This document shows positions 8,901 through 17,821 of a stretch of DNA of 64,000 bases, in pieces. The position numbers and the translations under genes were made by a program. The DNA lies in the IMG/VR virus record IMGVR_UViG_3300032073_000011, positions 1 to 64,000 of that record; one strand, written 5' to 3'. Source of the DNA: a virus. Positions within the stretch are counted from its first letter, which is position 1. Every line of letters begins with the position of its first letter. The notes beneath the pieces are model-generated. The model did not search any database. It was not told where the DNA came from and saw nothing but the letters and a program-made list of their open reading frames with translations.

Positions 8901-9461
8901 TTATTTGGGGAAAACTTTTATTTCTTTTGTTTTACTTACTAAGTCACCCCACACACTATCTTTTTTATACCGAGTAGCTCTAACTTTATGGTTGTCTATG
9001 TAATGATACTGTGTAATGTCTTCGTGGATTCTTGGTTTACCAAAAATTATATAATGCCATCTTACTTCATTATCTCTTAACCATTGTTCAGTAATTTCTC
9101 TATGTTCTTCTTTTCTAGATGTAAAAAATGTAATTATATTACCTTCTTCATACCATTTATTAATTGTTTCTATAGAATTATGGTATGGTTTTGCTGTGGA
9201 CATTCTTTCAAATTGTTCATTTGGGATGTCATCACAAATAGTCCCGTCAATATCTATAATATAATTAGCTTTATTAACTTGTTTTCTAATTTGTCTGTAA
9301 CCAACCATTTTTTTCTCCAAGTATTCATCTATATCATATTTGTATTCACCACATGAAGAATAAAGACATTTTTTTTGAATTACTGTTTTTTTGTCTTTTG
9401 TTAAATAAACTTCTGTTATACTATTAGCGTAATGTTGTGTATAAATTAATGTTTCTTCCAT
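8901..9461 (-). CDS. HAD-superfamily phosphatase with N-terminal extension
   Basis: Motif I IIDIDGTI, motif II FFTSR, GKP, YIDN. Confidence 0.8.
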   Translation of the reverse strand: MEETLIYTQHYANSITEVYLTKDKKTVIQKKCLYSSCGEYKYDIDEYLEKKMVGYRQIRKQVNKANYIIDIDGTICDDIPNEQFERMSTAKPYHNSIETINKWYEEGNIITFFTSRKEEHREITEQWLRDNEVRWHYIIFGKPRIHEDITQYHYIDNHKVRATRYKKDSVWGDLVSKTKEIKVFPK

Positions 9462-9462
9462 T

Positions 9463-9657
9463 TTATTTATTTTTATCTATTTTTTTAATTATTGTTTTTT
9501 CCATTGCTATTATAACTCTTTCTAGATTTAGTATTTGTTTTTCTAGTTGAATTATCTGTTCTCTTTTTTCTCTTCCGATTTTTGCCTCCCATATTAACCA
9601 TCCAAAAGCTATTACTTCTATAATGAATAGTAATATTAATAATGTTGTTTGTACCAT
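9463..9657 (-). CDS. small membrane-anchored coiled-coil protein
   Basis: MVQTTLLILLFIIEVIAFGWLIW followed by a heptad coil. Start re-called at 9657, just after the stop of the upstream gene. Confidence 0.65.
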   Translation of the reverse strand: MVQTTLLILLFIIEVIAFGWLIWEAKIGREKREQIIQLEKQILNLERVIIAMEKTIIKKIDKNK

Positions 9658-9658
9658 T

Positions 9659-10834
9659 TTACCTTCCCACTTCTTTAATATATTTCTTTTTTGTTTCTTC
9701 CCAAGATAAATCAATAACATCCCAATAAAATAGTTGTTCTGGCTTAATTCTATCTTGTTCATATATATTTTTATACCTTCTAACTGCCTTTTTCTTCCAC
9801 CATTTATCTGTGTATGGGATGTCATCTTGGAATTTTTTCTTTATTTTTAGGTCTTTTTCTTGTATCTCTCCTCGTAAAAACTCACAACCATTATCATACA
9901 TCATTGCAAGATACACACCTCTCTTGAATCCGTGGTCATAATCTGAACCCTTTATACCACAATGTTTAAAAACTTTATTAAGGATGTTCTGTTTAGGTCC
10001 TGTAGCACTTATAGCCTTTTTATGTTCTTCTGGATGGTTATTTTTTAACCATTTATTCCATGGTAGATATGCACTATCATCTGGTTTTAATCTAACCTTA
10101 CCAGATGTTTCACCCATTGTTTTGAAGTGTGGCATTCCATTGTACATGGAGTTGATTCCGTATAGAGATGTTGTTCCTACAGCAATTAGTTTATCACCGT
10201 ATTTTTCTTCCCACGCATCTCTAATTGTCTTACAGGTTGTTAATGCAGCAACTAACTTTCCCATTAACATATTATACCCTCCTGGTTGGGTGGAACATAT
10301 TGTAGTAGCTATCGCAGTATTGTTTAGTTTGTGTTGGTCGAATTTGTTTGTTTTATCCCAACCTATATAGGCATCTCTAACTTTAATACTTGTAACGTCA
10401 GACCCTAAACAAATCAAACCAAGGACTTTGTTAGTTTTCCTATCTCTTACCCAGAATTTCATATTACGTCCGGGATTTGCAACCCATTCCATTGTATGGA
10501 TGAGTTTACGATAGTTTACCCATTCGGTAACACCTTTTCCTGGTGTTGCCATTTCAACATAAGGTTCTAAATCTTCAATTTCTTTTATGGTGTGGTTTAA
10601 GTCATCTAAATCTGATGGCACCCATAGATTTGTTCGGTAATCATATAATTTATTTTTTACCTTAGACATTTTACCACCCTTATTCATTTCTTGCCATTTT
10701 TTATAAAGTGTTTGTTCTTCTACAGACATTTCTTTAAGCATATCAAGATTGTCTATTAAATTTTGTTTTTGACCTTCAAAGTCAAAAATCTCTTCATTTT
10801 CTATAATATCAAATATTGTTGTTTGTTCTCCCAT
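9659..10834 (-). CDS. DUF4338 / Druantia DruA-like protein
   Basis: Motifs PGRNMKFWVRD, LGLICLGSD...RDAYIGW, GYN.L.GKLVA, TTSLYG..SMYN, G.TSG. Confidence 0.75.
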   Translation of the reverse strand: MGEQTTIFDIIENEEIFDFEGQKQNLIDNLDMLKEMSVEEQTLYKKWQEMNKGGKMSKVKNKLYDYRTNLWVPSDLDDLNHTIKEIEDLEPYVEMATPGKGVTEWVNYRKLIHTMEWVANPGRNMKFWVRDRKTNKVLGLICLGSDVTSIKVRDAYIGWDKTNKFDQHKLNNTAIATTICSTQPGGYNMLMGKLVAALTTCKTIRDAWEEKYGDKLIAVGTTSLYGINSMYNGMPHFKTMGETSGKVRLKPDDSAYLPWNKWLKNNHPEEHKKAISATGPKQNILNKVFKHCGIKGSDYDHGFKRGVYLAMMYDNGCEFLRGEIQEKDLKIKKKFQDDIPYTDKWWKKKAVRRYKNIYEQDRIKPEQLFYWDVIDLSWEETKKKYIKEVGR

Positions 10835-10838
10835 GGTT

Positions 10839-10869
10839 TAATAATAATATATTTTGTTGGTATTTTCAA
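10839..10869 (-). promoter_or_regulatory. TTG-N20-TATTATTA promoter
   Basis: Same spacing as other class-1 sites, 4 nt before the ATG at 10834. Confidence 0.5.
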
Positions 10870-10918
10870 GTTTTATTTACTTGTTAAATCCTAATATTTA
10901 TGTTTAAAGAAAAAACTA

Positions 10919-11155
10919 ATGGCTTGTAAAAATTGTAAGGAAAAAACATCTAAGTACCTAAAAGAACTAAATAAAATGGGTACTAATATTAATTTTGATA
11001 GGGAAGCTCGTAAAAAACAAATATTCGAAAAGACTTGGGATGACTCCATGGGTAAATTAAGGGGATGGGAACGTGCGGTACTAATATTATTTGCGTGGAT
11101 TCCTTTAATTATTGGTTATTTTACCATAGTTAAATTTATCATCTTTCTATTTTAA
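10919..11155 (+). CDS. small protein with N-terminal CxxC and C-terminal TM helix
   Basis: MACKNCK start, hydrophobic C-terminus, TATTTAT at 10895-10901. Confidence 0.7.
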   Translation: MACKNCKEKTSKYLKELNKMGTNINFDREARKKQIFEKTWDDSMGKLRGWERAVLILFAWIPLIIGYFTIVKFIIFLF

Positions 11156-12156
11156 TTAAAATTTTCTTTTCTTTTAAATTTTTCTAGAATTTCTTTATCT
11201 TCCTCAGATAGTGATTTTGGCATTTTAACTTTAGGTTTTATAATTAAATCCCCCCTTCCAGTTGATGCGTTCATACCTTTACCCCTTAAATTAAAATTTT
11301 GTAATACATCACTTAGTGGTGGGATTTTTGCACTTAACGCCCCACTAAAATGTGGTACTTCTATACTAGTACCTAAAATCATATCCATAATTGGTACTTC
11401 AACCTCATAGTGAAGGTCTTGGTTAAAGAGTTTGAAATCTTTGTGTCTTGCAATTACTACTTGTATATTTAAATCACCAGTAGCTCCATTAGCTATCTCA
11501 TCACCTAGATTTCTAAATGTAAAAACTTGTCCCGTCATCAAATCTACAGGCAATCTAAAATCTATGGTACTTGCTTGTTTGGTTTGACCTGCACCACCAC
11601 AACCCCTACATGCTTCTACCACTATCTTACCTGAACCACCACACTGAGGACATTGTTCTCTTTGTATTTGTCTAAAAAATGCATTACCCACAGCTTTTTC
11701 TATAACCCCATGTCCTTTACACATATTACAAGGGTGAGAATTACCACCAGTACCTCTACAAACACCACAATTCATATTTCTATTATATCTTAATTTTTTA
11801 ACCTCACCAAAAAATACATCTTCTAATGTTACTGTTAAAGGTAGATTTAAACTCCTACCCTTTCTTTGTTGTCTATGTGGGTTTTGTCTACCCCCAAAGA
11901 ATTGATTGAATACATCGTCCATAGTAGGTCCACGACCCTGTCTTCCATGAAATGGGTTATTTAATTGATTATCGTATTGTGAACGTTTATTACCATCTCC
12001 TAGAGTGTCATAAGCTTCAGATAGTTCCTTAAATGTATTTTCATCACCCCCTTTATCTGGGTGATGAGTTTTTGATAATTTCCTAAATGCCTTTTTTATC
12101 TCATCTTGAGTGGCATTTCTATTGATATTTAGAGTTTTGTAGTAATCTTTATTCAT
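11152..12156 (-). CDS. dnaJ: DnaJ (Hsp40) chaperone
   Basis: J-domain with HPD, four CxxCxGxG repeats, C-terminal substrate-binding domain. Confidence 0.95.
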   Translation of the reverse strand: MNKDYYKTLNINRNATQDEIKKAFRKLSKTHHPDKGGDENTFKELSEAYDTLGDGNKRSQYDNQLNNPFHGRQGRGPTMDDVFNQFFGGRQNPHRQQRKGRSLNLPLTVTLEDVFFGEVKKLRYNRNMNCGVCRGTGGNSHPCNMCKGHGVIEKAVGNAFFRQIQREQCPQCGGSGKIVVEACRGCGGAGQTKQASTIDFRLPVDLMTGQVFTFRNLGDEIANGATGDLNIQVVIARHKDFKLFNQDLHYEVEVPIMDMILGTSIEVPHFSGALSAKIPPLSDVLQNFNLRGKGMNASTGRGDLIIKPKVKMPKSLSEEDKEILEKFKRKENFN

Positions 12157-12792
12157 ATGGTTTACGATAGAAATAAATATAAAATTGTTTTATTTAAAAA
12201 TGGTGAAAGAAATAAAGTCTTGTTTTCTTCCAACAGTAAAAAAAGTATCTTAAAGAAATATACTAAATTTATTGAAGAAAAAAAGCCTAAATTTGTAATG
12301 GAATATATTTCACGTAAAAAAGTTATGTTTGAGCTTGCTGTTATAACTAAAGAGTCTACTACTAATAGTCTATATGTGAAAGATTCTGTAGGTAGAACTA
12401 GAGAAGTTACTTTGGGTGATTCCGATTATAGGTTTATGAAGATGTTACCTTATTGGAAATCTGAGAAGATATATGACCACACTTCTAAATCTAAAATTAA
12501 TTTTGATAGGATGATGGAAACTTACTTGGAGGACAAGGAGTTTAAACAAGTTTTTACTTTAAATAATAAAGTAATAGTTCAAAAAGATACTGATTTTAGT
12601 GTTTTTAGTTTAAAAACTGTCTCTGATGCTTTAAGATTACTAACGGTAATAGAATTAGAATTTTTAAATAATGGTCGTTATGATTGTTTATTTGTTACCG
12701 ATAATAGTACTGTACAAAGAAAACAATTGTATAATTTATTGGAAAATGCTGGTTATAAGAGGGATTTTCTTAGAAAACAATATACGTATTAG
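12157..12792 (+). CDS. hypothetical protein
   Basis: 211-aa ORF filling the whole gap, with no competing minus-strand ORF in the track. Confidence 0.8.
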   Translation: MVYDRNKYKIVLFKNGERNKVLFSSNSKKSILKKYTKFIEEKKPKFVMEYISRKKVMFELAVITKESTTNSLYVKDSVGRTREVTLGDSDYRFMKMLPYWKSEKIYDHTSKSKINFDRMMETYLEDKEFKQVFTLNNKVIVQKDTDFSVFSLKTVSDALRLLTVIELEFLNNGRYDCLFVTDNSTVQRKQLYNLLENAGYKRDFLRKQYTY

Positions 12793-13022
12793 TCTTTATT
12801 AAAAATAAATTCCACATCGTTAATATCTATTGATAATTTTTTTTGGTTCCTATCTACTTTTATCCTAACAAAGTTTTCTATTTCAGCCAAAATATCTTGA
12901 TATTTGTCCCCTTTTATATTTAATTCTATTTTTGTTGTGTTAACATAGGGATTTAATTTTAGGTTTTCTGCTATTTCTGCACAGTCTTCTAAAATTTTAG
13001 ACTCTTTTTGATTTTGTTCCAT
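12789..13022 (-). CDS. hypothetical protein
   Basis: ORF in a packed operon. Confidence 0.65.
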   Translation of the reverse strand: MEQNQKESKILEDCAEIAENLKLNPYVNTTKIELNIKGDKYQDILAEIENFVRIKVDRNQKKLSIDINDVEFIFNKD

Positions 13023-13198
13023 ATCCCTTTATTTTCTTTATTTTCTACGTTTTCTTCGGTTTGGTTGTATCGATTTACAACTTCCTGGATACTAGTTTTT
13101 TTTATTTCTTCTATTATTTTTTTCTTATGTTGTAGGATTTCCTTCTGGTCCTTCGAGACTTCCCGACGGAACCATTCCTCTATTTTGTTCTTCTCCAT
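12989..13198 (-). CDS. hypothetical protein
   Basis: ORF overlapping both neighbours. Confidence 0.6.
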   Translation of the reverse strand: MEKNKIEEWFRREVSKDQKEILQHKKKIIEEIKKTSIQEVVNRYNQTEENVENKENKGIWNKIKKSLKF

Positions 13199-13580
13199 TT
13201 AAATTAATTTTATTAAAATCAAAGTTTAATTTTCTTAATGAGTCTACAGGGTTTTCAGCGAATACCTTTTTTAATTCTAACATTTTTAACTCCAAAAGAC
13301 TATTTTTTTCCTCTACATCGGTATTCCATTTAATAATAGCTTTTATTTCCTCTATTAAAACATTACAGTCTTCTTCCGTAAACACACTAAAAAAAGAAAC
13401 TAATTTATGGGTTTCATTACTATTACCAGGTTTAATTTGTATCTTACTCCCTCTACTAGTAATAATCTTTTGGTCTTCCCAATCAATAGGTATTTTTAAA
13501 TCCACAACGACAAAATTCTCATGCATTCTAATACTATTAAAAGTTTCCCCAAAAATTGATATGTGTTCGTATAGTGTCAT
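13125..13580 (-). CDS. hypothetical protein
   Basis: 151-aa ORF. Confidence 0.75.
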   Translation of the reverse strand: MTLYEHISIFGETFNSIRMHENFVVVDLKIPIDWEDQKIITSRGSKIQIKPGNSNETHKLVSFFSVFTEEDCNVLIEEIKAIIKWNTDVEEKNSLLELKMLELKKVFAENPVDSLRKLNFDFNKINLNGEEQNRGMVPSGSLEGPEGNPTT

Positions 13581-13760
13581 TTAGTGTATTAAATATGTTA
13601 TGCAATAAGAAAGACTCATCCCTAATAATAAAGCTTCCTGATATGGTAGATTATATGTTGTTGGTTCTGCATCGTATAGTTTTCTCACCAACATAGTTAT
13701 ATTCCTCATTATTACTAATAAGGAAAATATAAAAAAGAATGTGAATACCCAATGTATCAT
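13581..13760 (-). CDS. small 2-TM membrane protein (59 aa)
   Basis: Manual translation MIHWVFTFFFIFSLLVIMRNITMLVRKLYDAEPTTYNLPYQEALLLGMSLSYCITYLIH fills the gap exactly. Confidence 0.7.
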   Translation of the reverse strand: MIHWVFTFFFIFSLLVIMRNITMLVRKLYDAEPTTYNLPYQEALLLGMSLSYCITYLIH

Positions 13761-13934
13761 TTATTTTTTACTTTCTTCTAAAATTTCTTTTCTTAGGGTT
13801 TGTAGAACACTTTTTAATTCTTGTGCTGATTTTCTAGCTCTAATTCCAGCACTTTTATTTTTTTTATCAAAAAATTTCTCCGCATCTACTTTTATAGATG
13901 TTACTAATGTTTCTAATTGTGTTAATGTTTCCAT
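13761..13934 (-). CDS. histone H1-like (Hc1-type) DNA-binding protein
   Basis: DAEKFFDKKNKSAGIRARK..QELK matches the Bacteroidota histone-H1-like family pattern. Start called at METL. Confidence 0.8.
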   Translation of the reverse strand: METLTQLETLVTSIKVDAEKFFDKKNKSAGIRARKSAQELKSVLQTLRKEILEESKK

Positions 13935-13935
13935 A

Positions 13936-14148
13936 TTATTCTTTTTTGTTTTCTTTTTCACTTTGTTGGTATGATTCCCAAGTTACAAAACTTTGGTTTA
14001 CCATTGTTAATTTATTTATGAGGTCTAATGATTTTTCTAGTTTATCTTCGATACTCATATCTTGTACATTAAGAATTCTTTCTAATTCAGATTCTAACTT
14101 TTGTTTTTGTACTATTAATTCATTATTTATGATATTAATTATTCTCAT
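13936..14148 (-). CDS. hypothetical coiled-coil protein
   Basis: ORF with TTG-N20-TAAAATTA 4 nt upstream. Confidence 0.7.
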   Translation of the reverse strand: MRIINIINNELIVQKQKLESELERILNVQDMSIEDKLEKSLDLINKLTMVNQSFVTWESYQQSEKENKKE

Positions 14149-14168
14149 GTTTTAATTTTAGTCAATTA

Positions 14169-14648
14169 TTATTTAACTGTCAAGCTTTCATTTAATAATA
14201 CATATATTTCATATAACATATCAAGTTCAGACTTGGTTTTGGATGTATGTAGTACAAAAAGTATAGTTAAAAAATATCTTAATTTCTCTAGGTGTTCATC
14301 ATTTTTCTTATTATAAAAAGATTCATAAAAAAAATGGAAAAAGTAGTCGTAGTGTGTCCCTTCAGTATTAAATACTATATTCTCTTTTTTAAAGTTGTTT
14401 ATAGTTTTTTCCCAACACCAATTAAAGTGTCCTGTAATTTCATCATCAGTTTTTATTACATCAACCCCCAAATACGTATCTTCTACCAAATTATACAACG
14501 AATTTAAATAATCACCGAATAAACTTACTTTAGAAACATTAATATTGTGTGCTTTAACCCATAAATTCATATCTTCACGACTTAGAGGTTGGGTCACGTA
14601 TTTAAAAAATTGTTCTGGTAATAATCTTCTTCTTTCCATATCTTCCAT
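14169..14648 (-). CDS. hypothetical protein
   Basis: ORF. Start re-called at MEDME, 5 nt downstream of TATCTTTA. Confidence 0.7.
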   Translation of the reverse strand: MEDMERRRLLPEQFFKYVTQPLSREDMNLWVKAHNINVSKVSLFGDYLNSLYNLVEDTYLGVDVIKTDDEITGHFNWCWEKTINNFKKENIVFNTEGTHYDYFFHFFYESFYNKKNDEHLEKLRYFLTILFVLHTSKTKSELDMLYEIYVLLNESLTVK

Positions 14649-14689
14649 AGTTTTAAAGATAGGTACTGAGATTGTTATAGGGAATAGTG

Positions 14690-15640
14690 TTATTGTGTTT
14701 TTTTGTTGTAAGACCACAATTTTTTCATTGCATCCATATCTTTGTTTACACCCTCTTTTACTTGTTTTACTTTTTGTACATCTGGTGTGTAACCTCGTAA
14801 ATTAGTCATAGAAGCTTTTTGGTCTGCTATTTTTTCTGCTCTTCTTTTTTTAGATTTTAACATTTTTTCACCCAAATCACTTGGTACTACATTACCTAAA
14901 GCTACACCGTCTTTATCTTTTTGTGCATTTCCTGTTTCACTTGAGCCCTCTAAATATTTAGTTAGTCTTTCCATATTTTGATTATTTACATCAAAATCTA
15001 TTAATCCTGGATATGCGAAATCATCAATGAACTCTTGGTCCTCATCATTATTTCTATAATATTGGTATTGGCCGTCCGCGTTTGTTGTTGACATTTCTTG
15101 ATGTGGGAACTCTGGGTTTTCATTACCCTCAAAAGTTTCATACTCTTTAAATTTCTTTTTGGTGTCTTTCATCGCTTTATCATTCTCTGTCTTTGATTTT
15201 TTGACGGCTTTCTCATAAGCGTCATATCCCGGATGTTTTTTAGTACTTACAGCTTCTTCTAATTTATTTTTTAATTTCTTATTCACTAATTTTTTAATTG
15301 TATCGGTAGTAGTTTCGTTTACTTCTTTTTTATCATCCTCAACTTTTTTGATTGGTTTGATAACATTTTTAATCATACCGTCAATTGTATTTTCTAGTAC
15401 CATTTTTTCTGCCATTTCATCAGCAACTGCTTTTAAAGATTCTTCTATAACAGAACTCATAGTTTCGTTACCTACCTCTTCAGTTCTTCCTTTTCTAAAT
15501 TCTTTTCTATCTTCTTCAATTTCTGAAGCTTTAAATTCACCACCTTTATTATCACGAGCTAATGCATGGTTTTCACCAATTCTTTTAACCGCTTTACTAA
15601 TAATTTTTTCTAAATCTGGTTGTTTTGCTAATATTGACAT
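14690..15640 (-). CDS. Lys/Glu-rich protein, putative head core/scaffold component
   Basis: Charged helical composition, many [LIV]xE sites, TATTTATA at 15654-15661. The role is inferred. Confidence 0.55.
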   Translation of the reverse strand: MSILAKQPDLEKIISKAVKRIGENHALARDNKGGEFKASEIEEDRKEFRKGRTEEVGNETMSSVIEESLKAVADEMAEKMVLENTIDGMIKNVIKPIKKVEDDKKEVNETTTDTIKKLVNKKLKNKLEEAVSTKKHPGYDAYEKAVKKSKTENDKAMKDTKKKFKEYETFEGNENPEFPHQEMSTTNADGQYQYYRNNDEDQEFIDDFAYPGLIDFDVNNQNMERLTKYLEGSSETGNAQKDKDGVALGNVVPSDLGEKMLKSKKRRAEKIADQKASMTNLRGYTPDVQKVKQVKEGVNKDMDAMKKLWSYNKKTQ

Positions 15641-15666
15641 AATTTCTTTTTATTATAAATATCTAG

Positions 15667-16332
15667 TTATTCGTATTTACCTCCAGCATTTGAACCCATT
15701 GAATAAATTTTACCTATAGGTGTATTCATTTTAGTTTCTGGTCCTAGTATTGAGGTTATCGGTGATTTATAAATACTTCTTCTTATAATCTCCTCTATTT
15801 CTTTTTTAACTAATTCTTTTATGTAGGTTTTATCTTTACCTGTTTTTTTCGCTACTTCAGTTATTGCCTTTTTAACGATTTTATTATCGGTCAATTCTAA
15901 AGCGTTAATATCTCCTTGGTTACAGTAAGGGAAAGTACTACATTTTTTCTTTACTTTGACGAATTTTCCTCCAGGCCATTGTGTTTTTGCTTTTCCTCTC
16001 CAATTTTTCTCGTCTTTTGCCCACATTTTTGGGGTGGCGTACTGTCCAGAACTTGCAGCTGTGGTTGCTTCATCAAACTCTTCTTTTTTCTTCTTTTTCT
16101 TTTTCTTCGCAAATCTTGGGTCAAACCCCATAGGAGCCATAAAAGCTCCAGCACTTGCTGCTGTAGTAGCTTCATCCATTTCTTCTTCTTTATTTTTTTC
16201 CCATTCTTCGTGAGTCATTTGTGGATGAATTTCTTCACAATCATGGTCTTCATCTAAAATAGCTTTATACCCCATAGGGTCTTTACTAATTGCTTTTTTT
16301 AATGCCTTTTCAAAATTATTTTTTATTCCCAT
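15667..16332 (-). CDS. hypothetical protein with duplicated DEATTAAS.G motif, putative internal head protein
   Basis: MDEATTAASAGAF and FDEATTAASSGQY, plus KCSTFPYCNQG. Confidence 0.6.
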   Translation of the reverse strand: MGIKNNFEKALKKAISKDPMGYKAILDEDHDCEEIHPQMTHEEWEKNKEEEMDEATTAASAGAFMAPMGFDPRFAKKKKKKKKEEFDEATTAASSGQYATPKMWAKDEKNWRGKAKTQWPGGKFVKVKKKCSTFPYCNQGDINALELTDNKIVKKAITEVAKKTGKDKTYIKELVKKEIEEIIRRSIYKSPITSILGPETKMNTPIGKIYSMGSNAGGKYE

Positions 16333-16574
16333 TATTTTACTCTTTTAATTTCTGATTGCCACATACTACGTCTAAACCAAAATGTTTTATATAGTTCTAA
16401 CATTACCTTACTTACTATATCTACAATTTCTGCCCTAGTGTTTCTCCCTTTTTTAATTTCATCCGCTACAACTTTTTGTACTTCATTTTTAAATTGGGGT
16501 TTATTCATGAAATCTTTTATCTCTTTACGAGCTATTCTTTCAATTTCTCTTTTATCTGTATTAGTTAATGCCAT
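16332..16574 (-). CDS. hypothetical protein
   Basis: ORF with TATTTATA (16579-16586) 4 nt upstream. Confidence 0.75.
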   Translation of the reverse strand: MALTNTDKREIERIARKEIKDFMNKPQFKNEVQKVVADEIKKGRNTRAEIVDIVSKVMLELYKTFWFRRSMWQSEIKRVK

Positions 16575-16586
16575 ATACTATAAATA

Positions 16587-16961
16587 CTACTTAACGTTAG
16601 ATACGACCCAGGAAGCAGTAACAATTGTTGCTGCACCTAAAAAGAAGTGAATCACAGGTTTATTATACCACTTAGGTCTCAATTCTTTTGTCAAATCTAT
16701 GTATAAATCTATTCTTTGATTTAGTAGGTCTGTTTTTTCATTCATGAAAGCTATATGTAAACTGTCTTGGGTATGTAATGTTCTATAATTTGTTATTTGA
16801 GTCTTGAGTAAATTAATCTCTAACTTTTGTAAACTGTCTGTTTGTTCGTATACTTGAAATAGTGAGTCCATTTCAACCACTTCTTTTTCAGTAAAGGTGT
16901 GTGTCTGAGTAAAGGCCCATACTGGTGTAAACAATAATAAGATTAATACTAATTTTTTCAT
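16587..16961 (-). CDS. exported coiled-coil protein with C-terminal TM (spanin-like candidate)
   Basis: Signal peptide MKKLVLILLLFTPVWA, a coil, and C-terminal FFLGAATIVTASWVV. Confidence 0.55.
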   Translation of the reverse strand: MKKLVLILLLFTPVWAFTQTHTFTEKEVVEMDSLFQVYEQTDSLQKLEINLLKTQITNYRTLHTQDSLHIAFMNEKTDLLNQRIDLYIDLTKELRPKWYNKPVIHFFLGAATIVTASWVVSNVK

Positions 16962-16962
16962 A

Positions 16963-17280
16963 TTAATTACTTTTTTTAAGTCTATTTTTTAGAGAGTTGG
17001 TTGCCTGTTTTCCTGTTTTCTTTTTTACTTTAGGTTTTTTTGTTTTAAGTTCTTTTAATTCCTTATCTACATCAGCAATTTTTTTCTTCGTAACTTTCTT
17101 TTTCTTTTTTACGTTTTCTATTTTTTTATCAACTTCTTTTGTTTTCTTATCATTAGATTTAATATTCTTTTTAATCTTTTTAACTTTTTTACTGCTATTT
17201 GCATTCATCATCCATACAAGACCAATAAAGAATCCTATAATTCCGACTACCCATTTCCATGATTTTTTTAAAAATTCCAT
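16963..17280 (-). CDS. N-terminal TM plus Lys-rich coiled coil (i-spanin-like candidate)
   Basis: WKWVVGIIGFFIGLVWMM followed by a K-rich coil. Confidence 0.55.
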   Translation of the reverse strand: MEFLKKSWKWVVGIIGFFIGLVWMMNANSSKKVKKIKKNIKSNDKKTKEVDKKIENVKKKKKVTKKKIADVDKELKELKTKKPKVKKKTGKQATNSLKNRLKKSN

Positions 17281-17281
17281 A

Positions 17282-17821
17282 CTACTCGTTTTCTTCTTCC
17301 ATTTTTTTAGTTGATTTTCTATCAGCTAGTACAGCTGCCCATTTTGCAGAAAATATCTGATAATAATCTTTTAACTTATTAAGCATCTCTAATGCTTCAC
17401 TATCTATTTTAACCATACTTCCAGTTATGTATACACCATTTTCTTCCCCAACACTATAAAAGAATTCAGTATCAAATTTAACTAATACACCGGACCATTC
17501 CACATTATTACTATAAATATTTAATGAGTTATAATCTACTAAATCAGAAACCTGTTCTGTGAAATCATCCATTGTCTCTTGGTATACGTTTTTTTCTTCG
17601 TCTGTTAGGGTGATGTCTGGAGTTGTATACCCATGAACAATAATTTTACCACTAGACACATCATATTCTTTAGTTTTTTCTTCTTCCCTATCTAAAGTAA
17701 TATCTTCAATGTCTGTAACTTGTTCCGTTAATCTTCTAGATTTATTTAATAAAGATTTCATTTCGTCGTACCTACTATTAGTGTACTCGTTATAATCTTT
17801 TATGTTATTTATTTTTTTCAT
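17282..17821 (-). CDS. hypothetical protein
   Basis: 179-aa ORF with MKSLL...LTEQ near the N-terminus. Confidence 0.75.
   Translation of the reverse strand: MKKINNIKDYNEYTNSRYDEMKSLLNKSRRLTEQVTDIEDITLDREEEKTKEYDVSSGKIIVHGYTTPDITLTDEEKNVYQETMDDFTEQVSDLVDYNSLNIYSNNVEWSGVLVKFDTEFFYSVGEENGVYITGSMVKIDSEALEMLNKLKDYYQIFSAKWAAVLADRKSTKKMEEENE

Noticed and set aside
9659-10834. Complete Druantia defence system
   Set aside because: No DruE helicase or other dru genes are present in the window.
1464-12156. Bacterial chromosome segment (glnII, cysK, cyclophilin, dnaJ)
   Set aside because: These genes are interspersed with phage-type genes (DUF3310, lysozyme, many small orphans) and lack their usual bacterial operon partners.
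16081-16110. T/C-rich tract as a regulatory or slippage element
   Set aside because: It is explained by the poly-Lys/Glu codons of the 15667-16332 gene, and the frame is intact.
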